From an uncultured Planctomycetaceae bacterium (GTDB lineage Bacteria; Planctomycetota; Planctomycetia; Planctomycetales; Planctomycetaceae): a stretch of 64,000 nt of DNA. The notes under the pieces are model-generated. The model was given only the letters and a program-made list of their open reading frames with translations, did not search any database and was not told where the DNA came from. Positions 8,995 to 18,362 of this stretch are shown here, piece after piece; the first letter of the stretch is position 1, and each line of letters begins with the position of its first letter. Location: assembly GCA_963976765.1 (NCBI GenBank), contig CAXBME010000007.1:186001-250000 (forward strand). Reading direction: 5' to 3'. The translations under genes and the position numbers were made by a program.

Positions 8995-10287
8995 ATGGCG
9001 GAAGTACAGGCATTTCAGGCGTTGCGATACGATGTTGGTCAGGTCGGCGATCTCTCAGACGTGGTTGCCCCGCCGTACGACGTGATTGACTCGGCATTTC
9101 AGAATGAACTTTACGAAGCTCATCCATGCAATTGCGTGCGGGTTGACCTGAACCGGGAAGAGCCGGGAGATACGGGCGTTGAAGACCGATACGCTCGCGC
9201 CGCGAAGTTCATGAAGCAGTGGCAGCAGGATGGGGTGTTGATCCGCGAGCACGAAGACTCGCTGTACGTCTACCATCAGGAATTCGAGTGGGAAGGGACG
9301 AAGTACGTCCGTAAGGGGTTTCTCGGTCGGCTGAAGCTGGAAGAGTTCGGCAAGGGCAACGTCTTTCCGCATGAGCAAACCATGCCCGGCCCGAAGAAGG
9401 ATCGTCTGGCGCTCATGTATGCCTGCCAGGCGAATCTGTCAGCCATCTTCGGCCTCTATCCCGATCGGGAAAACGAGGCGCAGAACATTCTGGAAGACGC
9501 CGCTCTGTCGGTGACCCCGCTTGTCGCCACTGACCACCTGGGAGTGGTGCATCGCCTGTGGCCGATCAGTGACCAGGCGGCGATTTCGAAGGTACAGTCA
9601 ATTCTCGCCGACAAGCCAATCTTCATCGCCGACGGTCATCATCGTTACGAAACATCCTGCAATTACAAAAACGAACTGGCCGAAGCCGGCAAGCTGGATG
9701 AAACATCCGCCGCGAACTACACGCTGATGATGTTCTGCGGGATGGAAGATCCTGGTCTGGCGATTCTGCCGACTCACCGTCTGGTTTCTGGCTTCCCGGA
9801 ACTCAGCAGCAACGACATCAAAGCGGCACTCGGCGATCACTTCAGCATTGAAGAAGTCGAAAGTGCTGAAGCGGCCTGGGAAGCGATGGAGATGGACGGC
9901 GGCCAGGAAGTCTTTGGTATCGGCACGCCATCCGACGGCAAATGGCTGCTGCTCCGAGCGACCGACACCAGCCCGATGAAAGAACTGGCTCCCGAGCAAA
10001 GCGACGTATGGCGAGGCCTCGGTGTCAGCATCCTGCACCGGCAGATTGTCGACCACCTGCTGAAAGGCAAGCACCCGGAAGCCGATCCGAAATTCAAGTT
10101 CGTCCACCTGATGGACGAAGTCCACACCGGCATGAATGAGAAAACCTGCCAGCTGGCGATCCTGGTGATGCCCGCCCAGATCGAGCACGTCCAGGCCATC
10201 TCCGAAGAGCTGGAGCGAATGCCACCCAAGAGCACATTCTTCTACCCAAAACTGCTCTCAGGCCTGGTCTTCAACCCGCTTAGTTAA
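8995..10287 (+). CDS. DUF1015 family protein
   Basis: APPYDVI, PHEQT, FIADGHHRYET, ILPTHR, MPPKSTFFYPKLLSGL. Confidence 0.93.
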   Translation: MAEVQAFQALRYDVGQVGDLSDVVAPPYDVIDSAFQNELYEAHPCNCVRVDLNREEPGDTGVEDRYARAAKFMKQWQQDGVLIREHEDSLYVYHQEFEWEGTKYVRKGFLGRLKLEEFGKGNVFPHEQTMPGPKKDRLALMYACQANLSAIFGLYPDRENEAQNILEDAALSVTPLVATDHLGVVHRLWPISDQAAISKVQSILADKPIFIADGHHRYETSCNYKNELAEAGKLDETSAANYTLMMFCGMEDPGLAILPTHRLVSGFPELSSNDIKAALGDHFSIEEVESAEAAWEAMEMDGGQEVFGIGTPSDGKWLLLRATDTSPMKELAPEQSDVWRGLGVSILHRQIVDHLLKGKHPEADPKFKFVHLMDEVHTGMNEKTCQLAILVMPAQIEHVQAISEELERMPPKSTFFYPKLLSGLVFNPLS

Positions 10288-10327
10288 GCAAGTCGCGAGA
10301 CTGGAGACAGATCTCCGACCTGATTTT

Positions 10328-10441
10328 GGGTGGCCCCGGTTGCTCGCAACCGGGGCGGCGCAGTCGCAAGAGGTCTTGGTTTTCAAACGGCAACGACTCT
10401 TGTCACTACGCGACACGGGTTGCAAGCAGCCCGTGGCACCC
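10328..10441. repeat. REPIN-like double-hairpin element, copy 1
   Basis: GGGTGGCC...GGCACCC ends; hairpins CCCCGGTTGC/GCAACCGGGG and CACGGGTTGC/GCAGCCCGTG; inner CAAGAG/CTCTTG. Confidence 0.7.
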
Positions 10442-10462
10442 GGCGATCAAGGCAATGACGAT

Positions 10463-10865
10463 ATGAAGTCTTCCCAACTCCGAAATGCATTTCGCGAGTT
10501 TGCTGGCTTGGAACAGTTTCGGAAGTTCATCATTCAGCTCCGCAAGAGTCGCAATTCGAACACTTACCGGGTCGTTCACGGCTTCGTTATTGGCAAGAGG
10601 GGTCTGGTCTCGCTTCCTCGCGAGCTATCCTAATGCCACTTCAGAAATTGAAACCATTCGGGCCGCACTTCTCTGGTGTGACGTTCATTCATGCAACCTG
10701 GTTGCGGGTAGAACGGCATTACCACACGAAGCGGATCCGCATTCAATTCTCAACGCGGCGCACGATCTATTTCCGTTTGGGTATGGTTACTGGCAACTGT
10801 CCTGCCCGCGTTGTGTTGAAGCATGTCGCAAGTGGCGGCAGTCTGTTGGTAAGACCGAAACGTAG
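10463..10865 (+). pseudogene. Probably frameshifted hypothetical gene
   Basis: MKSSQLRNAFREFAGLEQFRKFIIQL (frame A), RLRYWQEG (frame B), VWSRFLASYP...WCDVH...FPFGYG...CPRC (frame C) join into one protein-like sequence with two shifts. Confidence 0.5.
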
Positions 10866-10929
10866 CGCCGCCGGACGATGACTTCGGGACGTTACTTCGG
10901 AGAGCTTATCAGCAGCTGAAGCCTTTGCA

Positions 10930-11074
10930 GGGTGGCTCAGACAACTCGGCATGAGTTGTCTGAGTGGCTGCGCCACAAGAGGTATGATTCAGACAAGGGC
11001 GCTTGCGTTCATGAAACCTGAATCTTCTTGTGCCTTCGGCACCCAGACGATGTAAGGAATCGTCTGGGCTACCC
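10930..11074. repeat. REPIN-like double-hairpin element, copy 2
   Basis: GGGTGGC...GCTACCC ends; hairpins CTCAGACAACTC/GAGTTGTCTGAG and CCCAGACGAT/ATCGTCTGGG; inner ACAAGA/TCTTGT. Confidence 0.7.
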
Positions 11075-11091
11075 ACTGGCACTTGACTATC

Positions 11092-12204
11092 TCAACAGCT
11101 GAAGCCTTCGCTGCTTCCTCCGCAGGGGCTGCAGGATGAGCCGGCCTGGGCGGCGGCTTCTGCTGCTTTCTCGCGGTCGGCGAGGAGTTCGGCGGTGCGG
11201 GCGTCGCCGGTGATGATTTTGAAGCCGAGGTCTTCGATCATTCGAAAATCTTCCATCGCGGCCTGGCCTTTCGTCGTCAGGTAGTCACTGACGAAGAGCG
11301 AGTTGGCCGGGTAGAGGCTCATGGCCTGCATCGATCGGATGTTGACTTCGCGGCCGCCAGCGATGCGGATTTCGACGTCTGGATTCGCGAAGCGGAACAG
11401 GCAGAGTGTCTTCAGGCAGAAACGAGGATCGAGGTCCCACTTGCCTTCCAGCTGAGTTCCGTCGATCGAGTTCAGGAAGTTGACGGGAATCGATTCGACT
11501 TTGATGCCTCGCAGTTCGATCGCGACGTCGACCAGGTCGGCATGCTCTTCGCCCATGCCGGCGATGACTCCGGCACATAGTTCCATGCCGGCGTTGCGGG
11601 CGACCTTCAGCGTGTCGAGGCGATCGTCAAATGTGTGTGTTGAGCAGATCTCTTCGTAGTACTTCCGGCTGGTATTCAGGTTGTGGTTGATGCGGTCGAC
11701 GCCGGCGTCTTTCAGAGTCGTTGCCTGGTCAGGACTGAGGATTCCCAGGCAGCAGCAGATGTGCAGACCGTACTCGTCTTTGATCTTCTTCACGACGCCG
11801 GAGACGTGTTCAACATCCTTGTCCGACGGGCCTCGACCACTGGTCACGATGCAGTAGGTGCGTGCCTGAGAATCGTAGGCCTGTTTCGCTCCGGCCAGAA
11901 TTTCTTCTTCATCCAGCAGTTTGTACTTCTCGATCGGCGCCGTCGATTTTACGTTCTGCGAGCAGTAGCCACAGTCTTCCGGACAAAGACCGCTTTTGGC
12001 ATTCTTCAGGAAGTAAAGATGGACGTCGTTGCCGAAGTAGTGACGCCGGACTCGCCAGGCCGCGTCGAGCAGCGACAGCAGTTCGGTATCGTCCGAACTA
12101 AGAATCGCCAGCCCTTCCTCTTTCGTCAGCGCGTGGCCAGCGAGGACTCGGTCAGCGAGGTCAGACCAGGTATTCAGATTCGAAGCGATTTCTGCAGTTG
12201 CCAT
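11092..12204 (-). CDS. bioB: Biotin synthase
   Basis: Radical SAM CPEDCGYC, NHNLNTS, IPVNFL, IRIAGGRE; Cys/Arg at the usual [2Fe-2S] ligand positions. Confidence 0.96.
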   Translation of the reverse strand: MATAEIASNLNTWSDLADRVLAGHALTKEEGLAILSSDDTELLSLLDAAWRVRRHYFGNDVHLYFLKNAKSGLCPEDCGYCSQNVKSTAPIEKYKLLDEEEILAGAKQAYDSQARTYCIVTSGRGPSDKDVEHVSGVVKKIKDEYGLHICCCLGILSPDQATTLKDAGVDRINHNLNTSRKYYEEICSTHTFDDRLDTLKVARNAGMELCAGVIAGMGEEHADLVDVAIELRGIKVESIPVNFLNSIDGTQLEGKWDLDPRFCLKTLCLFRFANPDVEIRIAGGREVNIRSMQAMSLYPANSLFVSDYLTTKGQAAMEDFRMIEDLGFKIITGDARTAELLADREKAAEAAAQAGSSCSPCGGSSEGFSC

Positions 12205-12225
12205 AGGATTCTCAGTTTTAATCAA

Positions 12226-12485
12226 GTAGGTCAGGCTCTGCCTGACGAAGTCTCAATCGGTCAGTGTTCAACCACGAAAGACACCAGATGCACGAAAATG
12301 AAACTGCCAGATTGGTTTGATCGTAGGTTGGGGCGAGACCCTGCAGCTGCATTCAGCATTCACGCTGGGGCACGACTCAGCCTACTCCGTCTTTCGTGTG
12401 TTTGGCGTATTTTGTGGTTTCAATAGACGAGCTAATGAATGGATTGTTTTGCGTAAGGATTCCGTAGGTCAGGCGGAGCCAGGCT
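12226..12485. repeat. Cluster of nested REP-like elements
   Basis: GTAGGTCAGGC..GCCTGAC (12226); AACCACGAAA...TTTTGTGGTT (12270-12419) enclosing GTAGGTTGGG...CTCAGCCTAC (12323-12385); degenerate GTAGGTCAGGC at 12464. Confidence 0.7.
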
Positions 12486-12538
12486 CACGGAAGGGCGGCT
12501 CAGTTTACCGGCTCCTGATTCGACAAAACACCCAGCAG

Positions 12539-14222
12539 TCAGGCTTCGGATTTCGAGTTTTGCATGACGGATGACCAGGTCAGCGGCTGCCCGGCGGGAC
12601 CGGTCGTTCTCCCCACGGGAATCAGACTCAGAAGCATCGAAAGCCCGATTGCCGAGAAGAATCCGATTGGCCAGAACCAGAGCGAAAACCAGTCCGGGTG
12701 CGCGTCCATCTGCCAGACGGTGATGGCTGCTCCGGCGAAGGTGCCCAGCAGGACTCCGAACCAGGTAGCTCGCGGCATAAACAGCCCGACGATGAACACC
12801 GCCACCGAAAGCTGCTGTCGTTTTTTTGGCGACATCGAAGACGTCTCCCAGGTCTCCCACAAAACACGCCAGCCCAACGGCCAGCGCTCCGATGATGACC
12901 AGGATGATCCGAGCAATTCGCATTTCTCCGGCGTCGGTGGCAGGTCTGAGTCCGGGAAACAGCCGGTCTCGGAAATCGACAACGATCGCCGTCGTGACCG
13001 AGTGAATTCCCGAGTCGATGCTCGACATCGTCGCCGCCATCAACGCGGCGACGAGCAGGCCGACTACGCCGGGCGGAAATTTCAGCCGGACGAAAGTCGG
13101 CAGGGCCTGATCCTGCATTCCGGTTTCAACAATCAGTTCATGGACGATTGTCGCCGCCTCGTCGGGAGAATTCTTAACCGTCGCACGCATGCCGTCCCGG
13201 TAGAATCTGTCGAGTTCAGAACGCTCCTGATCCGAAATTACAAAATTGGGATCCTGTTCGCTGCTCTTTTCGATTGACGTCCTGACCATGCCTTGGACGA
13301 ATGCCTCTTCCAGGTTCTCAGGGTGATGATGGAAGTATGCAAATAGCCCCGCTCCGATGCACAGCAGACTTGGAACGATGAACGACAGGCCGAGCATATT
13401 GATCAGGAAACCGGACTGTGACGTCTTCTCATCTTTCGCGGCGATGTAACGCTGCACGGCGACCTGGTCGGCTCCGAACGCCGAGAGTCCTTCCAGGAAA
13501 CTTCCGATCAGCATGGCGAATGTTGCGAAGCGGAGTTTGGGGTCGATCGCAAAGTTGACGATCAGGTTGTCGCGACCTTTGGTGTAGGTTTCGACGATCC
13601 CCGAGAAGCCGCCGTCGGCCTGTGAGATCAGCAGACCCATCGCGAAGACGATCGTTCCAGCGAAGACAAAAAACTGCAACACGTCGGTCCACATCACCGC
13701 TCGCAAACCGCCGAGCATCGTGTAGAAGACCGCGACTGTTCCCAGACTGATGATGACGGTGACCTGCCCGACGCCGGAGATTCCTGAAATTGCCACCGAG
13801 GCTGCGTACGTCGCTGAGGCCATCCAGCCGATTCTCAGCAGAATGAATAAACCGCTCGCCAGGCAACGTACAGAAACGTGAAACCGTTGCTCCAGGTACT
13901 CGTACGCCGTTTTGCATTTCAGTCGGGAATAGACCGGGATAAACACCCAGATCACGACCGGAGCCATCGCCCAGAAGGCGATGACTGCCGCTCCCGCCGT
14001 CAGGCTGACCGCGTACGACGTCGAGGGGTACATCATGAAACTGTTGGCCGAAAACAGCGTCGCCATAACGCTCAGGCCGACCGTCATGCGCCCCATCGAG
14101 CCACTGGCCTGAAAGAATTCTTCACGAGTCGACTGACCACGCAGATAAATTCCCAGCCCGATCGAAACGGCGAGATATCCCAGAACGACAAGGTGATCGA
14201 GCCAGTGGAAGGTGTCGGACAT
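12539..14222 (-). pseudogene. Sodium:solute symporter (SSS) with a frameshift near 12800
   Basis: TAYEYLEQRF, YTMLGGLRAVMWTD, DQVAVQRY, AATMSSIDSGI; last TM helices (AVFIVGLF...WFWPIG) lie in another frame that ends at 12539. Confidence 0.85.
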
Positions 14223-14338
14223 GAGTAATCTGGGCCTGACAGGAGAAAGTAGCGGCTTGATTAACAAGCTGATAAACGACCAACAGCGAAAGACGCGAAC
14301 TACCGAACACGGCCAATGCTCAGCAACCAGGAGAGATA

Positions 14339-14419
14339 AACTGCGGATGGGTACGGATTCACGCAGATGGAATGGATGCTTGATGAAGCCATCCGTGTTT
14401 ATCCGTGAAATCCTTGGTT
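14339..14419. repeat. Intergenic imperfect palindrome with ~9-nt periodic arms
   Basis: CGGATGGGTACGGATTCACGCAGATGG against CCATCCGTGTTTATCCGTGAAATCC. Confidence 0.6.
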
Positions 14420-14693
14420 CGTCATTTCTGAATGACCTTCGCCCAGCACGCTGCCGAAAGGCATTCGCTTTGTTGATTTGGCTCGACCATAGTTCCGGTT
14501 CTCTTCACAAAATGAAAGCGACCGGAGCCACCGAGTGAGATCCAGAAACTATTTATGGAATCAGTCGGCTTCGAACCGGCAGAGGCGACGCGTCGATAAG
14601 CTCAGGATTGTGATTTGCTCCGACGCGCAAAGCTCGGTAGGTTATCGAGCGGTCGACCAGTCGCTGGCTGAGCAACAATCCGTGGTTCCTCGG

Positions 14694-15098
14694 TCATTTG
14701 GTCGGGCGTGCGATCTTTGCGGGCGGATCGGTACCAGCCGGAACAAATGACATCGATACTGAATTCACGCAGTGCCGAACATTCTTTTCAGTCAGTCGCT
14801 CGCCTTCGAAGACGTGGCCGAGATGACCGTCGCAGTTTCTGCACAGGATTTCGACCCGGTATCCGTCAGCATCGCGTTCGTGCCGAATGGCTTCGGGTAA
14901 TTCGTCATCGAAACTCGGCCAGCCACAGCCCGAATGAAATTTGTCCGACGATCGATACAGCGGGGCGTTGCAGCGGCGGCAGATGTAAAGGCCATCGTCT
15001 TCATTGTTGAGTAACTCGCCCGTCCCCGGAATCTCGGTGCCCTTCCGCAGAATGATGCGTTCCTCTTCCGATGTCAGCTCGTTGTATTTCTGAGCCAT
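14694..15098 (-). CDS. msrB: Peptide-methionine (R)-S-oxide reductase
   Basis: [35 protein letters not shown]. Confidence 0.97.
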   Translation of the reverse strand: MAQKYNELTSEEERIILRKGTEIPGTGELLNNEDDGLYICRRCNAPLYRSSDKFHSGCGWPSFDDELPEAIRHERDADGYRVEILCRNCDGHLGHVFEGERLTEKNVRHCVNSVSMSFVPAGTDPPAKIARPTK

Positions 15099-15133
15099 TG
15101 TTCGCTCCTGATTTGTTTTGCTGCCGCGTTGTC

Positions 15134-15928
15134 TCAGAAGCCCAGAACGTCGTTCATCGTATAGCTCCCGGCCGGCTTCCCGACGAGGAACTTTGCCGCA
15201 GCGAGCGCTCCGTAGGCGTAGCTGTCTCGTGAGTGGCCTCGAACAGTGATGTCGATCGTTTCTCCCATCATTCCGAAGACGATGGTGTGCTCGCCGACGT
15301 TGTCGCCTGTTCGAAGGGCGTGATAGCCGATCTCGTTACGAGGTCTTTGACCAGGTCGACCGGAGCGGCCGTGGACGTGCTCGGTCTGACCCATTTCGGA
15401 GGCGACGATCTCACCGAAGCGAAGTGCCGTTCCGCTGGGGGCATCTTCCTTAAACCGGTGATGCCGCTCGATGACTTCGACGTCGACTCCATCTGCCAGA
15501 TCTTTCACCGCACGAGCTGCCTCGCGCACCAGCTTCATGGTCAGGTTGACTGCAACGCTCATGTTTGGCGCCCAGAGCAACGCGGTTGATTCCGCAGCTT
15601 TCAGCACCTGTTGTCGCTGTTCTTCTTCAAGGCCAGTCGTTGCTGCAATCAGCGGAATTTTTCGCTCAGCACAAAGTTGAGCCAGTGGTGCCAGCGCCTC
15701 AGGAGCTGAGAAATCGATAACAGCATCGGGATTCCCGTCGGGCATTTCCGCCACGATTGGTACGCCGATATTGCCGATTCCTGCGACCTCTCCGGCGTCT
15801 TTTCCGACAGCAAAAGCGTCGACCGCAGCAAAGACTGTCAAGTCCAGATCGGCATGGGTCAGCGCGGTAATCCGTTGCCCCATTCGTCCAGCGGCACCGT
15901 AAACAGCAATCTTCAGAGGGTTCGTCAT
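15134..15928 (-). CDS. dapB: 4-hydroxy-tetrahydrodipicolinate reductase
   Basis: [30 protein letters not shown]. Confidence 0.97.
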   Translation of the reverse strand: MTNPLKIAVYGAAGRMGQRITALTHADLDLTVFAAVDAFAVGKDAGEVAGIGNIGVPIVAEMPDGNPDAVIDFSAPEALAPLAQLCAERKIPLIAATTGLEEEQRQQVLKAAESTALLWAPNMSVAVNLTMKLVREAARAVKDLADGVDVEVIERHHRFKEDAPSGTALRFGEIVASEMGQTEHVHGRSGRPGQRPRNEIGYHALRTGDNVGEHTIVFGMMGETIDITVRGHSRDSYAYGALAAAKFLVGKPAGSYTMNDVLGF

Positions 15929-16061
15929 TGGTCTATCCATCAGCGCTTTTCAGACAGATGAAGCACGACGCTTCGAGAGATCGGAAGTGTAGCTGCCGAA
16001 GTCGATCCTCGCACCAATAGGAAACCGTGACGACCGCGCCGAGGCGACCTTTGCCAGTGCC

Positions 16062-16766
16062 CTAGCTGTTGTTCTTAGGAGCCGGACGGTAAGGGTAGAC
16101 CCAGGTCAGGAATGAGTTTACCGCCCGAGTCTGCACCCAGATCTTTCCCTGGCCGCTGAATCTGGCGACCAGGCCTTCTCCACCGAAGAAGAAGCTTTTC
16201 AATTTTCCACCGGTTTTCAGGCCGGGGAGGACGTCCACCTGGTAGTTCAGCGTGTTTTCAAAAGCGACGACGTAACCGGTGTCGACGATGTATTCCCCTC
16301 GGACGTCCATTTCCAGAATGGCGCCATACGAGTTGAAGAAGAGGTCGCCGGTTCCGGATGCCTGGAGGAGAACCAGGCCTTTTCCACTGAAGAACCCCTT
16401 GGCTCCCTGCCATTTTCCGGTCAGCTCGACGCCGTCGGTGTGGGCGACGAAGGCTCCGCGTTGAACCAGCAGCGTGTTCATGTCGAGATGGTAGTGCATG
16501 GCATCGCCGGGCGCTCCGGGAGCAAAGATGACTTCGCCGGGGCCTCGGTCGGCGGTGAACGTGTTGATGACCATGCTCTCGCCGCCGAGGGCTCGTCCGA
16601 GTGTTTTTCGAAGGCCGCCTTTCAGACCTGCCTTCAGAGTGATGGTCGGATCCATGGCAGCCATCGCGGATGGCTCGGCGTAGATTTTCTGGCCCTGTTC
16701 AAGCTGAACAGAGATCAGGCCGAAGTCAGGGCGCTGACTGATTTCAAATTGAACGTCGCTATTCAT
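16062..16766 (-). CDS. TIGR00266/AIM24 family protein (copy 3)
   Basis: GGES, FFSGKGL, YGAI, VDTGYVVAF, GGEGLV.RFSGQG. Confidence 0.92.
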   Translation of the reverse strand: MNSDVQFEISQRPDFGLISVQLEQGQKIYAEPSAMAAMDPTITLKAGLKGGLRKTLGRALGGESMVINTFTADRGPGEVIFAPGAPGDAMHYHLDMNTLLVQRGAFVAHTDGVELTGKWQGAKGFFSGKGLVLLQASGTGDLFFNSYGAILEMDVRGEYIVDTGYVVAFENTLNYQVDVLPGLKTGGKLKSFFFGGEGLVARFSGQGKIWVQTRAVNSFLTWVYPYRPAPKNNS

Positions 16767-16837
16767 GAGATGATTCCCGGAAGTGTAAGTGCGACTGCAG
16801 TGTCGTTAGCTGGTGAAGCCTGATTGTGGCCTTGTGT

Positions 16838-17518
16838 TTACCGTGTCTTCAGCATTGGTCCGAGTGCTGCCCCAAACGACGGCGGGTTATGACTCTGGCA
16901 GAAGAGTTTTCCGTGGCCGCTGAACTTGCAGACAAGTCCTTCTCCGCCGAGGAAGCTTCCGATCAGACTTTTGCCGGCTTTGCCGATCTTGAATTGCAGG
17001 GTTTCTTCGAATGCTACGATGTGGCCGGTGTCGACGGTGAACTCTCCATCCACTTCGACCTCGTAGATCGCTCCAAAACTGCTGAGAAACAGGTCGCCGT
17101 GTCCTGAGCACTTGACCCAGAACATTCGCTCGCCACTGAAGAGTGCCTTTCCCAGTCCCTGCCAGCTGGCGTCGATTTCGATAGTCGACGCCGATGCCAG
17201 CCAGCTTGATCCCTGAACAATCAGCGTTCCATTCAGAGGGTAGTGAATAATGTCGCCCATCAGTTGCGGACCGAGGATCAGGCTTTGGCCTTCACTGTGT
17301 GAGCTGAAGTGATTCAAGAAGAAGTTCTCGCCAGCGAACATCCTCTTGAGGCCTTTCATCAGACCACCCTGGCCTCCCTTTGAGCGGGCGGTCGTTTCGA
17401 CGGTCATGCCGCTGGTCATCGCGATCATGGCGCCCACTTCTGCGGTAATTGATTCGCCAGCCGCCATTCTGATGTCGACCACGGAAGCTGCTGGTCGTGC
17501 CTTTATCTCATACTGCAT
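16838..17518 (-). CDS. TIGR00266/AIM24 family protein (copy 2)
   Basis: AEVGAM, AGENFF, FGAI, VDTGHIVAF, GGEGLV.KFSGHG. Confidence 0.92.
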   Translation of the reverse strand: MQYEIKARPAASVVDIRMAAGESITAEVGAMIAMTSGMTVETTARSKGGQGGLMKGLKRMFAGENFFLNHFSSHSEGQSLILGPQLMGDIIHYPLNGTLIVQGSSWLASASTIEIDASWQGLGKALFSGERMFWVKCSGHGDLFLSSFGAIYEVEVDGEFTVDTGHIVAFEETLQFKIGKAGKSLIGSFLGGEGLVCKFSGHGKLFCQSHNPPSFGAALGPMLKTR

Positions 17519-17629
17519 GGAGCGTTCCTCTGATCTTTGATCCGGAAGCAATTTTTCTGTGTGATTTTAAAGAAGTGCATGAGAAACGACGGTTCGCGAC
17601 GTCAGACGCGGCGAACAACCTCTCGGGCA

Positions 17630-18286
17630 TTACCACAAATGCGAATTCGTCCAGGCAGCCAGGCCGCTCATCGCTCGAGACTGCATGTAGATTCGTCCGG
17701 GGCCTTTGACACGAGTTACCAGTCCTTCGCCGCCGAAGAAACTTGAGAAGATGCCGCCGGCCATCCCCATCCGCAGGCTGATCGTCGGTTCGTAGGCGAC
17801 GAGATGTCCGGTGTCGACGACGAACTCGCTGTCAATTTCGCGGGCAAAGATTCCACCATAGGCGCCGAACCAGATTCGCCCGTGGCCGCTGACTTTCAGT
17901 CGAAACAGCCCTTCGCGACCGACGAAGCTGGCGATGCCAGCCCAGCCGAGTCCGAGTTTCACTCCGGGTTCGCAGGCAAGGAATGCACCCGGCTGAAGAA
18001 ACATCGTCGTTCCTTTCAGTTCGATGCACTCGATGTCGCCGGGAAACGGCTGCGTCAGTACCAGCTCGCCGGAACTGGATGTCGTGAACTCGTTGACGAA
18101 AAGCGACTCGCCACCGAACAGCTTCCGGGCAACCGCACTGAGAAAGCCTCCGTTCCAACGAGTGCTCATTTCGATGGTCGAACTCATGCTCGCCATGGCG
18201 TCGGATTCGGCAATGATTGAATCGCCGGCTTTAAGCTCCGCACGGATATTGGCGAAGGCTGGTTTGTCGCGAACTTCGGCTTCCAT
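17630..18286 (-). CDS. TIGR00266/AIM24 family protein (copy 1); likely start MEAEVRDKP
   Basis: AESDAM, GGESLF, YGGI, VDTGHLVAY, GGEGLV.RVKGPG; the upstream ORF extension overlaps the M48 gene and is rejected. Confidence 0.92.
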   Translation of the reverse strand: MEAEVRDKPAFANIRAELKAGDSIIAESDAMASMSSTIEMSTRWNGGFLSAVARKLFGGESLFVNEFTTSSSGELVLTQPFPGDIECIELKGTTMFLQPGAFLACEPGVKLGLGWAGIASFVGREGLFRLKVSGHGRIWFGAYGGIFAREIDSEFVVDTGHLVAYEPTISLRMGMAGGIFSSFFGGEGLVTRVKGPGRIYMQSRAMSGLAAWTNSHLW

Positions 18287-18362
18287 GAGCAGCCTCAAAC
18301 TTCGAGTTGATTTGTAAGGTGATTGTCTTTTCGCCATCGGAAAAGATGTGCAATCGCCAGGT

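Noticed and set aside
12226..12485. Possible CRISPR array or attC cassette sites among the repeats
   Set aside because: No identical direct repeats with regular spacers, no cas or integrase gene, and no consistent RYYYAAC/GTTRRRY ends
12432..12800. C-terminus of the 611-aa symporter ORF as listed in the track
   Set aside because: Out-of-frame read-through; the TM-like C-terminus is in the 12539-12982 frame
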